Below are positions 1 to 10,513 of a DNA stretch of 64,000 nucleotides, in pieces (the stretch's first letter is position 1; each line of letters opens with the position of its first letter). Origin of the DNA: Desulforegulaceae bacterium (GTDB taxonomy: Bacteria > Desulfobacterota > Desulfobacteria > Desulfobacterales > JACKCP01); the NCBI GenBank assembly GCA_034007295.1, contig JAVERC010000014.1, forward strand, positions 2,732-66,731, read 5' to 3'. Below the pieces are notes generated by a model. The model had not been told where the DNA came from. It made no database searches and saw nothing but the letters and a program-made list of their open reading frames with translations. Position numbers and translations under genes: made by a program.

Positions 1-416
1 TAATATTTCAGGATTTCAAGCTCATTCCGTCCATGACTGTTTTTGAAAATGTGGCTATAGTTCTTGAGGCTTCAGGTGAAAAAAAGAAAATTATTGAGAA
101 AAAAGTTTCAAAGGTTTTAAGAACCGTTGGAATTGAGGATAAAAAGAACCTTTACCCTCCAAGCCTTTCAGGCGGTGAGCAGCAAAGGGCGGCTGTTGCA
201 AGAGCTGTTATAGGAGAGCCGGACATTATAATTGCAGATGAGCCAACAGGAAGTCTTGATCCTGAATCTGCAAAAATTATTATGGATTTATTAAGAGAGT
301 TTAATGAAAAAGGAACAACCCTGATTATTGCAACTCACAGTCAGGAACTAATCAGGCAGAATAGGGGAAGGGTAATAAGACTTAAAAAAGGACAACTTGT
401 GGAAGATTTGCTATGA
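1..416 (+). CDS. ftsE: Cell-division ABC transporter ATP-binding protein FtsE (5' end outside window)
   Basis: Frame stays open upstream of the track ATG to nt 3 (IFQDFKLIPSMTVFENV). ABC signature LSGGEQQR and Walker B IIIADEPTG. 4-nt overlap with ftsX. Confidence 0.85.
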   Translation, partial: IFQDFKLIPSMTVFENVAIVLEASGEKKKIIEKKVSKVLRTVGIEDKKNLYPPSLSGGEQQRAAVARAVIGEPDIIIADEPTGSLDPESAKIIMDLLREFNEKGTTLIIATHSQELIRQNRGRVIRLKKGQLVEDLL

Positions 417-1303
417 TTATTAATTCTTCAAATTTTAAAAGATCTTTAAATGATATAAAAAACAATAAATTTCTTCATGCTGTAACTTTTATTACCATCA
501 TGCTTTCCATTTTAATTGTAGGCACTTTTGTTCTTTTTGCTTCAAATGCAGGTGAACTTCTTGAAACCTGGAAATCGGGGATAAAAGTGATTGTCTATCT
601 TGAGGATAATATTGCTTCTTCAGAAAAGGATCGAACCAGGCTTGAAATAAGAAATTTTGATGAAGTTGAAGATGTTTTGTTTGTGTCAGGGGAAAAAGGT
701 CTTGAGGAACTTAAAAATCAAATGACACGGCAAAAGGCTATTTTTGAAAACCTTAAAACTAATCCTCTTCCAGATTCTCTTGAGGTATTTTTAAAAAAAG
801 ATAAAAAAGATATTAAATCTCTTGAAAATATTGCCTCAAAAATAGAAAAATTCCAGTCTGTAAGTGAAGTTGAATATGGTAAGGAATGGATAGGAAAATT
901 TGTTAAAATTATTTCTTTTTCAAGACTTGCTGCAATTTCCATGGGAGCTGTTTTTTTTATGGTGACTGTATTTATTGTTGCCAATACGGTCAGACTTGCT
1001 CTTTATTCTAGAAAAGAAGAGATCGAAATAATGAAACTTGTTGGTGCAGATGACAGGTTTATTAGATCTCCGTTTTATATCCAGGGTATTTTACATGGTT
1101 TTACTGGAGGAACAGGAGGACTGTTAGTACTTTTTATACTTTTTTTTATTTTTTCCTCTAATATAAGCCATGATTTTTCATCTTTTATAATAAAAATAAA
1201 ATTTATTTCTTTTAAAACTCTTTTATCAATTTTGTTTTGTTCTACTCTTGTCGGGTGGCTTGGATGCTATATTTCGCTAAAGCAATTTTTAAGAAACACT
1301 TAA
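413..1303 (+). CDS. ftsX: Cell-division permease-like protein FtsX
   Basis: ATGA overlap with ftsE. N-terminal TM, large extracytoplasmic loop and three C-terminal TMs, 296 aa. Confidence 0.8.
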   Translation: MIINSSNFKRSLNDIKNNKFLHAVTFITIMLSILIVGTFVLFASNAGELLETWKSGIKVIVYLEDNIASSEKDRTRLEIRNFDEVEDVLFVSGEKGLEELKNQMTRQKAIFENLKTNPLPDSLEVFLKKDKKDIKSLENIASKIEKFQSVSEVEYGKEWIGKFVKIISFSRLAAISMGAVFFMVTVFIVANTVRLALYSRKEEIEIMKLVGADDRFIRSPFYIQGILHGFTGGTGGLLVLFILFFIFSSNISHDFSSFIIKIKFISFKTLLSILFCSTLVGWLGCYISLKQFLRNT

Positions 1304-2655
1304 CAACATTTTTTTTTGCGGCTTTGTTTTTTGTTTTTTTAAGCTCTGAGGCTTATTGTGCAAAAGCTGTTGTTAGTTCTTCAAAATTAAACATGAGGGA
1401 AGGTTCTTTATTTGGAGCACCTGTCACAGGTGTTCTTTCAAAAGGAGATGTGCTTGAAATTATTGGCAAAACTGATGGTAAATGGCTTAAAGTTAATTTT
1501 AATGGCAAAATTGGGTATGTAAGAAACAGGCCAGTGTATGTAAAAATAATTTACGACAAGAAAGAGGATATTCAAAATTTTTCCTTTGAAAAGCAAAAGG
1601 TAATTATTGAAAAAAAAATAAATAAAGAAAAAAAAATTCTTAAAGAATACAGGGAAAAATCCAAAACAATACTTACAGGTCTTGATGAAATTGACAAAGC
1701 AGTAAATAATGCCGAAAATAAACTTGCAGCAGTAAAAAAAGACTATATAGACATTACAGATAAAATCAGGGAACAAAAAGGAAAAATAAAAGAAGTTGAA
1801 AAAGAAATTGAGTCCTTGCAGCCTTTTGTTGATAAAAGAATAGTTTCTTTGTACAAGCTTTCCCGTGTAGGTCAAATGAATCTTTTGTTTTCAGCAGATT
1901 CTGTTGTAGATTTTATAAAAAGGCAAAAAGCCTTGGAAAAAATAATTTCTTCGGATTTATCCCTTATAGGAAAGTATTCATATTACCGTAAAGAATATAG
2001 CGATCTTAAAAAAAATCTTGAAAACGAACAGGATAAATTAAACGAACTCTCCGAAAAAATTGCAAAATATCTAAGAATAAAGGAAAGTGAAAAGGAAAAG
2101 AAAAAGGCACTTTTAAAGGAAATCAGAGAAAAGGAATCTGTGAAGATTTCTATAATTTCTTCTCTTGAGGAAGCTGCCTCAAATCTAAATGAAAGACTTA
2201 AACTTATAGAAGAAAAAAAGGCTGAAGAAAAAAAGTTCTCTGAATTAAGAACTTTTGATTCTTATAAAGGACTTTTGAATTATCCTGTCAAGGGAGAGGT
2301 AATATCAAGGTTTGGAAAAGGACGGAGTGAAGATGGAGGGGTGTATGCCTATAAAAGCGGAATCGGGCTGAAAGCTGATATTGGAGAACCTGTTCGGGCA
2401 GTATTTTCCGGAACAGTAGTTTTTTCAGACTGGTTTAAAGGATATGGAAATATGCTGATAATTGATCATGGAAATAGTTTTTATAGTATTTATGCTCATG
2501 TTCAGGAATATTTTAAGCAAAAAGGGGATAGTATAAGAAAAGATGAGGTTATTGCAACTATTGGTGAAACAGGTTCTATGAGCGGCCCTGTTCTTCATTT
2601 TGAGATAAGGCACCATGGGAATCCTCTTGATCCTCTGAGCTGGATAAAAAAATAA
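1264..2655 (+). CDS. EnvC-like murein hydrolase activator / M23 peptidase with SH3b and coiled-coil regions
   Basis: C-terminal M23 motifs (GIGLKADIGEPV, IIDHGNSFYSIYAH, HFEIRHHGNPLDP), long Lys/Glu coiled coil and an N-terminal SH3b-like segment. ATG 1264 gives a K-rich n-region plus hydrophobic signal; the track TTG at 1237 is less likely. Confidence 0.75.
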   Translation: MLYFAKAIFKKHLTTFFFAALFFVFLSSEAYCAKAVVSSSKLNMREGSLFGAPVTGVLSKGDVLEIIGKTDGKWLKVNFNGKIGYVRNRPVYVKIIYDKKEDIQNFSFEKQKVIIEKKINKEKKILKEYREKSKTILTGLDEIDKAVNNAENKLAAVKKDYIDITDKIREQKGKIKEVEKEIESLQPFVDKRIVSLYKLSRVGQMNLLFSADSVVDFIKRQKALEKIISSDLSLIGKYSYYRKEYSDLKKNLENEQDKLNELSEKIAKYLRIKESEKEKKKALLKEIREKESVKISIISSLEEAASNLNERLKLIEEKKAEEKKFSELRTFDSYKGLLNYPVKGEVISRFGKGRSEDGGVYAYKSGIGLKADIGEPVRAVFSGTVVFSDWFKGYGNMLIIDHGNSFYSIYAHVQEYFKQKGDSIRKDEVIATIGETGSMSGPVLHFEIRHHGNPLDPLSWIKK

Positions 2656-2671
2656 AATTAAGGAGAATAAA

Positions 2672-4000
2672 TTGGCTTATATTAAAAAATCCTGGAAAAG
2701 TTTTTTTGTGTTTATATTTATATCAGGTGTTTTTTTGGCTGGCTCAGGCCTTTATCAAACTCTTGGTGCAAAAAGTGATGAAATTCCATATAAAGAACTG
2801 GAGGTTTTTTCAGATGTTTTAAATCTTATTCAGAATAATTATGTGGAAGACGTAGATCCTAAAACTCTTATTGAGAACGCAATTGAAGGAATGGTAAACG
2901 GGCTTGACCCACACTCAGCCTATCTTCCGCCTGAGGCGTTTGAAGAACTCCAGGCCGATACAAAAGGCGAGTTTGGGGGGATTGGAATTGTAATTACCAA
3001 GGAAGATGACAAGATTACTGTTATTTCTCCAATTGAGGGAACTCCAGCCTATGAAGCAGGTATTGAAACGGGCGATACAATTATTGGAGTTGATGACAAA
3101 TCCACTAAAAGTATGAGCTTGTGGGAAGCTGTTAAGCTCATGAGAGGTCCTGTTGGAGAACCAGTTAAAATTACTATTTTCAGAGAAGGTGAAAAAGAAG
3201 CTCTTGTTTTTGACCTGAAAAGGGATCTTATACCGGTTAAAAGTGTTAAGTATGCCATGCTTGATAATAAGTGTGGCTATATATTAATAACAAGCTTTAA
3301 AGAAAAAACAGCAGATGAGCTTAAAGAAGCCTATGGTGCACTTGTATCAAAAGGTGAACTTAATGGGCTTATTCTTGATTTACGTTCAAACCCAGGAGGT
3401 CTTTTAGATCAGGCTGTAAGTGTAAGTGATTTTTTTCTTAAACAGGGAGTTATAGTTTCTATTAAGGGTAGAAACAATGAGGACACAACTGATTATAATG
3501 CAAGAAATGACGGATCAGAAGGGATTTATCCAATGGTAGTTCTAGTAAACGGAGGAAGTGCCTCTGCCTCTGAAATAGTTGCTGGAGCACTTCAGGATCA
3601 CAAAAGAGCTGTTATTCTTGGTACAACTTCATTTGGCAAGGGTTCTGTTCAGACTGTAAGGCCACTTAAAAACGGTTCGGCTTTAAAATATACAATCGCA
3701 AGATATTATACTCCAAATGGAAGATCTATTCAGGCTGAAGGAATAATCCCAGATATTATAACAGAGTATGTAAAACCGGACAAAAATAAAGATGAAAAAG
3801 ACACTAAAGTCTTAAAGGAAAGTGATCTTATTAATCATCTTGAATCAGAAGAAACCAAAGAAGAACCTGAAGCCAAAGATGAAGAAAATAAAGAACAAAT
3901 TCACAGCAATGACCTGAAAATGGAAATTCTTGAAAGAGATAATCAGGTGCAAAATGCTTTGAATATTATTGTAGGCTATAATCTTTTCAAGCGTGATTAA
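2672..4000 (+). CDS. ctpA: Carboxy-terminal processing protease (S41, PDZ-containing)
   Basis: PDZ segment (GIGIVITKEDDKITVISPIEGTPAYEAGI), S41 motifs GGSASASEIVAGALQD and TSFGKGSVQ. TTG start after aaggag. Confidence 0.85.
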   Translation: MAYIKKSWKSFFVFIFISGVFLAGSGLYQTLGAKSDEIPYKELEVFSDVLNLIQNNYVEDVDPKTLIENAIEGMVNGLDPHSAYLPPEAFEELQADTKGEFGGIGIVITKEDDKITVISPIEGTPAYEAGIETGDTIIGVDDKSTKSMSLWEAVKLMRGPVGEPVKITIFREGEKEALVFDLKRDLIPVKSVKYAMLDNKCGYILITSFKEKTADELKEAYGALVSKGELNGLILDLRSNPGGLLDQAVSVSDFFLKQGVIVSIKGRNNEDTTDYNARNDGSEGIYPMVVLVNGGSASASEIVAGALQDHKRAVILGTTSFGKGSVQTVRPLKNGSALKYTIARYYTPNGRSIQAEGIIPDIITEYVKPDKNKDEKDTKVLKESDLINHLESEETKEEPEAKDEENKEQIHSNDLKMEILERDNQVQNALNIIVGYNLFKRD

Positions 4001-4044
4001 ACGTGTCTGATTTTTTTTGGAGTTTGCGTTTTTAGATGTAGTAA

Positions 4045-4084
4045 TAAAAAACCGGTTTTAAGTTAAAATTAAAACCGGTTTTTA
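4045..4084. terminator. Bidirectional rho-independent terminator between ctp and the convergent MCP gene
   Basis: AAAAAACCGGTTTTAA-gttaaaa-TTAAAACCGGTTTTT hairpin flanked by A and T runs. Confidence 0.7.
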
Positions 4085-4100
4085 TATTAGATTTTTAAAA

Positions 4101-6323
4101 TTATGATATTTTAAATTTTTCAACCATATTTTTAAGTTCTCCTGAAAGAGTGGAAAGTTCTTTTGAGCTCATTTCAACACTTTCCCCTGCTTTTGTAATT
4201 TTTTCAACTGCTTCATTAACATAAGATATTTCTTTTGCAATTATTTGAGAGTTATTTGCAGATTTTGTTATTTGTGAACTTGTGTTGTCAACGCCTGATG
4301 CTGCCTTGTGAATATTTTTTGAAATTTCTGCAGTTGCAGCTGACTGTTCTTCAATAGCAGCTGAAATTGAAGATACTATGCTTTCAACCTCAGATATTAC
4401 TTTGTCTATTATTCCTATATTTGTAACAGCTTCGCCAGTTGAGTTTTGAACCTCTTCAATTTTGTTTCTGATTTCAATTGTTGCCTTAGATGTTTGGGCT
4501 GCAAGTTCCTTTATTTCGGAAGCAACAACTGCAAAACCTTTTCCTGCTTCGCCAGCTCTTGCAGCTTCAATAGTTGCATTAAGTGCAAGTAGATTTGTCT
4601 GATCTGATATATCATTGATAGTCTCTGTTATAAATCCTATGGAACTTACAAGCTCGTCAAGAACATTAATAACAGATGTAAGATTTTGAGATTCTTGTAA
4701 GGCTGTCTGGCTTATTTCTCTTCCTTTTTCAGCATTTTGAGCTATTTCATTGATTGTTGAGCTCATCTCTTCTGCTGCTGTAGAAACTGAATTTAAATTT
4801 GAAGAAGTTTCTTCCATACTTTTAGCAGAAATTTGATTTGTATTATCCATATTATTTGCAGCCTCTGAAACCTGAGCTGTTTTTTGGAGAGTCGATTTTG
4901 CATTTTCTGATACATTTTCTGCAGAACTAGAAATTTCTTTTGAAAAATTGGAAAGAGAAGCAGCATTTTCAGAAATCTCTTTTATCATCTGCTGAATTTT
5001 TTCTACAAAAACATTGAACCAGTAGGCAAGCTTTCCTACTTCATCCCGTGAATCGACCTCAAGCCTTTTTGTTAGATCACCCTCTCCCATTGCTATATCT
5101 TTAAGGTTGTCTGAAACAAAGACTATTCCTTTGGATATTTTTTTTGAGATAACAAACGACAACATTCCAAGCATAACAACAAGTGAAAGAATAACAATTA
5201 ATGAAGTTTTTATTATTTTTTGAAAAATTATATTTACTTTTGAAAGGAAGTTTAAAAACTCTTCTTCATAGGTAGAAGAAGCAATTACCCACCCCCATGG
5301 TTCATAAAAAGTAAGTGCTGCTATTTTGTTTTTTGATTTTTTTTCTCCTGGATTTTTCCAAGAGTATTGTAAATAAGTGGTTTTTTTACCTGATTTTAAT
5401 GCTAAATCAACCATTTGAGGGATAATTGGTGTTCCATCTGAATTTTTTATTTCAGATAAATTTTTTCCTAACCCGTATTCAGGATGAATTATTGTATGAT
5501 ATTTCTCTGTACCTTCACATCCAAGAACAAAAGCATAACCAGAGTTTCCAACTTTTGTATTTAAGATGGCTTCTCTTAGTTCTCCAACGGATTCTTGGGG
5601 AATGCCTACATATAAAATTCCAATTATTTTATTTTCATGATTTTTTAAGGGCTTGTATGCTGTTATATACCATTTGTCTACAACAAAGGCTCTTCCAGTA
5701 AATGTTTTTCCAGAAAGGACTGTAGATATTACAGGATTTTTATCCCCGTTTGGGTTGACTGCCGGAATATAGGTGCCAACTGCTCTTTTTCCGTTTTGAT
5801 CTTTTACATTTGTTACAACTCTAAGCATATCACCTTTTTGGTTTATTCTTTGAAAAATGGTTGCTGTACCCCCGACCATTTTTTTTACTTTATCAACAAC
5901 AATTGCTTCATTATTAAAGTCTTTTGTGTATTTTACGGGTTTGTCGCCAATATATAAAAGATTTATTTTTGCATTTGTTTTTGCATTTGTGTACTGGTTT
6001 GTGATTTCAATTGAATGGGTAGTGTCTACTGTTTTTATTCCTCCCAAATTTTTAAGCTCATTTGAAGCCACATTAAGATCACCCATTAATTTTTCTTTTA
6101 AAAGAATATCCTGAGTTTCAATCATATTGTAAATTCCTTCGGATACAAGGCTGATTTCTTTTTTCATTTTTTCTGTTAAAAGTTTTTTAATTTCCACTGT
6201 GTTTGAATTAACAATAAAATTTATTATAATAATTATAATTAATCCAAGAATAATAGGCCCGCTTGTTCCAAGAAAAAGGATTTTGTTTTTTAAATTTATA
6301 TTTGGTTGTAAATTGAGCTTCAT
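4101..6323 (-). CDS. Methyl-accepting chemotaxis protein with periplasmic Cache-type sensor and HAMP
   Basis: Two TMs flank a ~340-aa sensor region. HAMP, then MCP signalling domain with [27 protein letters not shown]. Confidence 0.9.
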   Translation of the reverse strand: MKLNLQPNINLKNKILFLGTSGPIILGLIIIIIINFIVNSNTVEIKKLLTEKMKKEISLVSEGIYNMIETQDILLKEKLMGDLNVASNELKNLGGIKTVDTTHSIEITNQYTNAKTNAKINLLYIGDKPVKYTKDFNNEAIVVDKVKKMVGGTATIFQRINQKGDMLRVVTNVKDQNGKRAVGTYIPAVNPNGDKNPVISTVLSGKTFTGRAFVVDKWYITAYKPLKNHENKIIGILYVGIPQESVGELREAILNTKVGNSGYAFVLGCEGTEKYHTIIHPEYGLGKNLSEIKNSDGTPIIPQMVDLALKSGKKTTYLQYSWKNPGEKKSKNKIAALTFYEPWGWVIASSTYEEEFLNFLSKVNIIFQKIIKTSLIVILSLVVMLGMLSFVISKKISKGIVFVSDNLKDIAMGEGDLTKRLEVDSRDEVGKLAYWFNVFVEKIQQMIKEISENAASLSNFSKEISSSAENVSENAKSTLQKTAQVSEAANNMDNTNQISAKSMEETSSNLNSVSTAAEEMSSTINEIAQNAEKGREISQTALQESQNLTSVINVLDELVSSIGFITETINDISDQTNLLALNATIEAARAGEAGKGFAVVASEIKELAAQTSKATIEIRNKIEEVQNSTGEAVTNIGIIDKVISEVESIVSSISAAIEEQSAATAEISKNIHKAASGVDNTSSQITKSANNSQIIAKEISYVNEAVEKITKAGESVEMSSKELSTLSGELKNMVEKFKIS

Positions 6324-6383
6324 ATAAAATTCCCTATAACTTATGTTTAATGATTAAAAAATAAATTTTAAAATTAACGGATT

Positions 6384-6424
6384 TAAAAAAATGGCCTTAG
6401 TTTTTAGTTCAGCAACTGATTAAG
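6384..6424 (+). repeat. Solo 3'-end fragment of the MITE-like element family
   Basis: AAAAAAATGGCCTTAGTTTTTAGTTCAGCAACTGATTAAG resembles the 3' end of the copies at 8297-8450 and 38181-38329. Confidence 0.5.
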
Positions 6425-6477
6425 TTTTTTTAAAGCATATAACATAATATATAAAAGTCTAATTTATTAAAAAAATT

Positions 6478-6499
6478 TTAGTGATTGGCCGAAAACTAG
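6478..6499 (+). repeat. Solo 5'-end fragment of the MITE-like element family
   Basis: TTAGTGATTGGCCGAAAACTAG matches the conserved 5' terminus. Confidence 0.6.
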
Positions 6500-6551
6500 T
6501 TTAAAGTCATAATAAAATTATTGTTTTTAAGTTTTTGATTTGAAAAGGAAG

Positions 6552-7034
6552 TTAATGTAAACTGCTGTTTTTGGTTCTGAATTTAAAGCAGGCAATGTAA
6601 GAATTTAAAAGACTTTCAAGAAAGTCTATCATTTCGGTAAAATCAGATTTTTCAAGGTCTGCGACAAACTCATTACCTTTTTCATTTAGCCCTGTTATTT
6701 CCTGGTCATAAATAATTTTGCAAAGATTATTTTTTGTATTAACAAAGCTGATTTTGTATATAATTGTTCGAAGGTTGTTAAATTTAATAAATTTAATAAA
6801 TGAAGGCGGATTATACTCAGAAATTATCCAGATATCTTCTCCGTCATCTGGATCAAAGGTTTTAAAAACACATCCTTGTTCAGCATATCCGCTTTTAGAG
6901 TAAATTAAGATGGCATCCCAGTCTTCTATCCATTCATAACTTCGAACAGGGCAAAAAAGCGGAAAAACCTCTTCTGCATTAGCTGATATTGTCTGATAAT
7001 GTGAAAAATAACGCCTTACAGATTTAAAAATCAT
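6552..7034 (-). CDS. Hypothetical cytoplasmic protein, possibly SRPBCC-fold
   Basis: 160-aa ORF in a clean intergenic frame. Fold assignment is only an impression from length and pattern. Confidence 0.5.
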   Translation of the reverse strand: MIFKSVRRYFSHYQTISANAEEVFPLFCPVRSYEWIEDWDAILIYSKSGYAEQGCVFKTFDPDDGEDIWIISEYNPPSFIKFIKFNNLRTIIYKISFVNTKNNLCKIIYDQEITGLNEKGNEFVADLEKSDFTEMIDFLESLLNSYIACFKFRTKNSSLH

Positions 7035-7204
7035 AAAATCTCCCGGGTTTGTAATGCAAAAAATTTATTAAACCTAAGTTAAAAATTTTTAGGTTTGATA
7101 TTTATTGCCGAAAATACAGCAGAATTATCATAGTCAATAATAAGGCAAAACATTATTTTTTTAAACAATTAATTTGGGACAGAATAGTGATGCTTTGGAA
7201 ATGA

Positions 7205-7240
7205 AAATACCGGAAATCTATATAAAGTTTTCCGGTATTT
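7205..7240. terminator. Hairpin terminator downstream of the 7313-8161 gene
   Basis: AAATACCGGAAA-n11-TTTTCCGGTATTT with flanking T/A runs. Confidence 0.6.
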
Positions 7241-7312
7241 AATTTTTTAGCGTTGAAGATAATTTTTTTATAGCAAAAAGAAGCCGGCAAAAAAAATAGT
7301 TTTTTCCAGCGA

Positions 7313-8161
7313 CTAATTATCTGATTCCATAATCAATTGAAGCTGCTTTTCAAGTTCCTTTGCCTTTTCTGGCTCACCTGTTTCATAAAAATAATTAATT
7401 TTATTGCCAAGTTCCATAACCTTGTCCATTTTGTTCATATTAGACATATTTTTTGTATCCTGGGCAGAGGGTTTTTTGTATCCTTTTATTTTTGTTGGAT
7501 CATATAGTGAATCATCTGTTTTTGCATTGAGTTTTACTGATTTTAAAATGTTTGTCTGGATTATTTTTCCTTCTTCAATTGACTGAGATTTAAACGGAAT
7601 GCTTATTCCTGAGATTTTTCTGAAGTCAGAGTTTAATTCTATGGAGTTTCCATTGTCCATTGATTCTTTTACAAGATAGAAATCATTTACAGATATCCAC
7701 ATTTCTGTTTTTTCGTCAAATCCGTAGTCTGCTTCAATTCTGTAGCAGTCAAGGCCTGATACTTTTTCTTTGCCTAGATATTTTACAGAAACAGGCTTTG
7801 AATCTTCATCTTTTTCAGTATCATTTGGGTAGGAATGGAATTGTCCTTCTGAGGTAAAAGTAGAAACACTTATGCCATCATCAATCATTATGGTCTTATG
7901 ACCTTTTTTCATAAGCATTTCATTTTGGCTTTCAATTACAGTTGATTCAAACCTGCTTTTTTTTTCTTTAAAATACATTTTGCCGTGTACAATCATGGCA
8001 TCAGATTTTGTTTCATATTCAAAAATTGCATTTTTTATATTTTTTTCACGTTTTTTTTCATGCTCATCATATTTATTATAAATTTCCATTCCTGTAATTG
8101 AGTGTGCCAGATTAGGGGAAATTAATAAAAATACAATAAGAGCGGATAAAAGCCTTTTCAT
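7313..8161 (-). CDS. Secreted hypothetical protein (possibly LolA-like lipoprotein-sorting fold)
   Basis: N-terminal signal peptide MKRLLSALIVFLLISPNLAHS, 282 aa. Family guess is weak. Confidence 0.55.
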   Translation of the reverse strand: MKRLLSALIVFLLISPNLAHSITGMEIYNKYDEHEKKREKNIKNAIFEYETKSDAMIVHGKMYFKEKKSRFESTVIESQNEMLMKKGHKTIMIDDGISVSTFTSEGQFHSYPNDTEKDEDSKPVSVKYLGKEKVSGLDCYRIEADYGFDEKTEMWISVNDFYLVKESMDNGNSIELNSDFRKISGISIPFKSQSIEEGKIIQTNILKSVKLNAKTDDSLYDPTKIKGYKKPSAQDTKNMSNMNKMDKVMELGNKINYFYETGEPEKAKELEKQLQLIMESDN

Positions 8162-8296
8162 TTTGTCTCCTTATGGAATTAGAAAATTTGTATTAAAATA
8201 GGTTTAAGTCTACAATTATATTTTGATTTTGAAAATATAATTACATTATAATAGATAAAATTTCTTTTTATTTTGCTGTTTTTATTCTGTGGTTAA

Positions 8297-8450
8297 TTAG
8301 CGATTGGCCGAAAATGAGAATTTTTTGTTCAGGTAAAGAAAGATAAAAAATTTAACCTTTAGGATACATTGAGTATTTTGAGGATTAAATTTTGAATCTG
8401 ATTTTAGAATGGACAAAAAAGACAGCTTTAGTTCAGCAACTAATTAAGTA
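8297..8450 (+). repeat. Full-length MITE-like intergenic element (reference copy)
   Basis: TAGCGATTGGCCGAAAATGAGAATTTTTTGTTCAG ... GGACAAAAAAGACAGCTTTAGTTCAGCAACTAATTAAGTA. The termini are imperfect inverted repeats, and the core TATTTTGAGGATTAAATTTTGAATCTGA is shared with 38054-38329. Confidence 0.75.
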
Positions 8451-8509
8451 TTTAAATTTTTTTACCGATCAGCTAAAAATTGTATTTTAACTGGGGTATT
8501 TTATTGATT

Positions 8510-10390
8510 ATGTCAAAAAATTTTGAAAAATTTATTTATCCAGAAATTTTGTTTAAAAATGCACAGGAAAAACCTGGATTAAGAGCCCAGTGGTGGTTTG
8601 AAAAAAAAAATGAGAAATTTTTAACTTATTTTGAACTTCTAGAAAAGGTAAAAAAGATTAGTTCAGGTCTTATTTATCTTGGGTTTAACAAAGGTGACAG
8701 AGCTGCTCTTTTTTCGCCGACAGGACCAATGTGGCTTTGGGCAGATGCTGGAATAATTTGTGCCGGCGGGATTTCTGTTTGTATTTATCCAACCCTTTCA
8801 TCAGGCGAGCTTTTGTCTCAGATAAATGATTCAGGTGCAAAAATTATTTTTGTTCATGACGAACTTATGTGTGAAAAAATAAAGGCTATTTGGGGTGAGG
8901 CAAAAAAATTAGAAAAAATAGTTTTGTTGTCTGGTGTTGATTTTTTTGAAGATGATAATCTTATTACTCTTAAAACCCTTATGAATCACGGCAAAGATTT
9001 AATTGATTTAAATCCTAAAGCTTTTGAAGAAACAATAAATAGTATAGCAGCAAATGACTTGATGACTATAATTTATACTTCAGGAACTACAGGAAAGCCA
9101 AAAGGAGTTGTTCATACCCATAAAGGCTTTTGCAGTGCAGTTCAAAGGGATATTTCAATGATTCCTGAAATGAATGAAGGCGAAGTCCTTCTTTCTGTGC
9201 TGCCGCTTGCACATACATTTGAAAGACAATGCGGACATGGTGTGGCTATGGCATCACAAATGACTATTGCTTATACAACCCCAATGACTTTTACCGAAGA
9301 TATTGTTTTTTTTAAGCCTGCCATGTTCATGGCTGTACCAAGAATTTTTAAAAGGATTTATAAGGAAATTAAAGATAGAAGTGCTTCATCTTTTGTTAGG
9401 GCTGTTTTTTTTAATTCCGGCAAAAAAACAGCCCTTAAGGTTTTGGAAAAAAATATAGATAAGGACGGATTTATTGATTTAAGTGAAAATAGAAGGCTTG
9501 AAAAGCAGGCAGGTTTTTTTCTTAAATGGAAATACAGATTTTTTGATAAAATTTTATATTCAAAAATAAGGAAAATTTTTGGGGGCAGATTAAGATTTTG
9601 TTTTTCTGCTTCCGCAACTCTGCCTGCTGAAGTGTGCTGTTTTTTTGCATCCTGTCATGTAAGAGTGCTTGAAGGTTATGGGAGTACTGAAACCTTTAAT
9701 ACTGTAACCTTAAATCCAATAAATAAAATCTGCCCTGGGACTGTCGGGACTTCATGCAATGGGGTCAGCAGTAAAATTTCAGATGAAGGAGAGTATCTTG
9801 TAAAGGGAGATAATATTTTTTTAAGATACTGGAACAACAAATCTGAAACTACAGCTTCTTTTACAGAAGACGGTTTTTTTAAGACCGGAGATATAGTTGA
9901 AAAAATGGACAATGGACATCTTAAAATAATTGACAGAAAAAAAGGGCTTATTGTCCTAGATACAGGTAAAATAGTTCCTTCGGCAAAAATTGAATCTCTT
10001 TTTTCCTTGAGTACTTTTATTGAAATGGCAGTACCTTTTGGCAATGATCAAAAAATTCTTACAGCACTTGTAATTCCAAATTTTGATGCAGTTATAAAAT
10101 ATTTTGAAAAAAAGAAAATCCCTTTTGAAAAAAATAATCTTTTATATGACAAAGGAATTTGTGTTGAAGTAGACCGTTCTTTTATAAATAATGAAGCTTT
10201 TTTGGAGCTTATTGAAAAGGAAGTTACAGATGCAAATTTAAAGCTTGAATCCTGGGAAAAGATAAAAAAATATTATATTTCATCTAGATGGCTTACAGAG
10301 CAGTCAGGTGAGCTTACCCCTACATTCAAGGTTAAAAAAAATGTGGTGTTAAAAAATTTTCAGACAGAAATTGAAAGTCTTTACCTTTAA
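8510..10390 (+). CDS. AMP-dependent long-chain acyl-CoA synthetase/ligase
   Basis: AMP-binding motif YTSGTTGKPKGV plus GYGSTE and TGDI motifs. ATG 8510 preferred over the track TTG at 8480. Confidence 0.85.
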   Translation: MSKNFEKFIYPEILFKNAQEKPGLRAQWWFEKKNEKFLTYFELLEKVKKISSGLIYLGFNKGDRAALFSPTGPMWLWADAGIICAGGISVCIYPTLSSGELLSQINDSGAKIIFVHDELMCEKIKAIWGEAKKLEKIVLLSGVDFFEDDNLITLKTLMNHGKDLIDLNPKAFEETINSIAANDLMTIIYTSGTTGKPKGVVHTHKGFCSAVQRDISMIPEMNEGEVLLSVLPLAHTFERQCGHGVAMASQMTIAYTTPMTFTEDIVFFKPAMFMAVPRIFKRIYKEIKDRSASSFVRAVFFNSGKKTALKVLEKNIDKDGFIDLSENRRLEKQAGFFLKWKYRFFDKILYSKIRKIFGGRLRFCFSASATLPAEVCCFFASCHVRVLEGYGSTETFNTVTLNPINKICPGTVGTSCNGVSSKISDEGEYLVKGDNIFLRYWNNKSETTASFTEDGFFKTGDIVEKMDNGHLKIIDRKKGLIVLDTGKIVPSAKIESLFSLSTFIEMAVPFGNDQKILTALVIPNFDAVIKYFEKKKIPFEKNNLLYDKGICVEVDRSFINNEAFLELIEKEVTDANLKLESWEKIKKYYISSRWLTEQSGELTPTFKVKKNVVLKNFQTEIESLYL

Positions 10391-10446
10391 TTTTTTTTAC
10401 TGAAGGGTTTGCCGCAATTTAGGCTTTTTCAATTCTAGTAAAAATT

Positions 10447-10483
10447 AAAAAGTCCTTTTTATAATTTATAAAAAGGACTTTTT
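10447..10483. terminator. Bidirectional terminator between the acyl-CoA synthetase gene and tkt
   Basis: AAAAAGTCCTTTTTATAA/TTATAAAAAGGACTTTTT near-perfect palindrome. Confidence 0.7.
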
Positions 10484-10513
10484 AATTTTGAGTTCAAAAA
10501 AAATTTTTACCGT

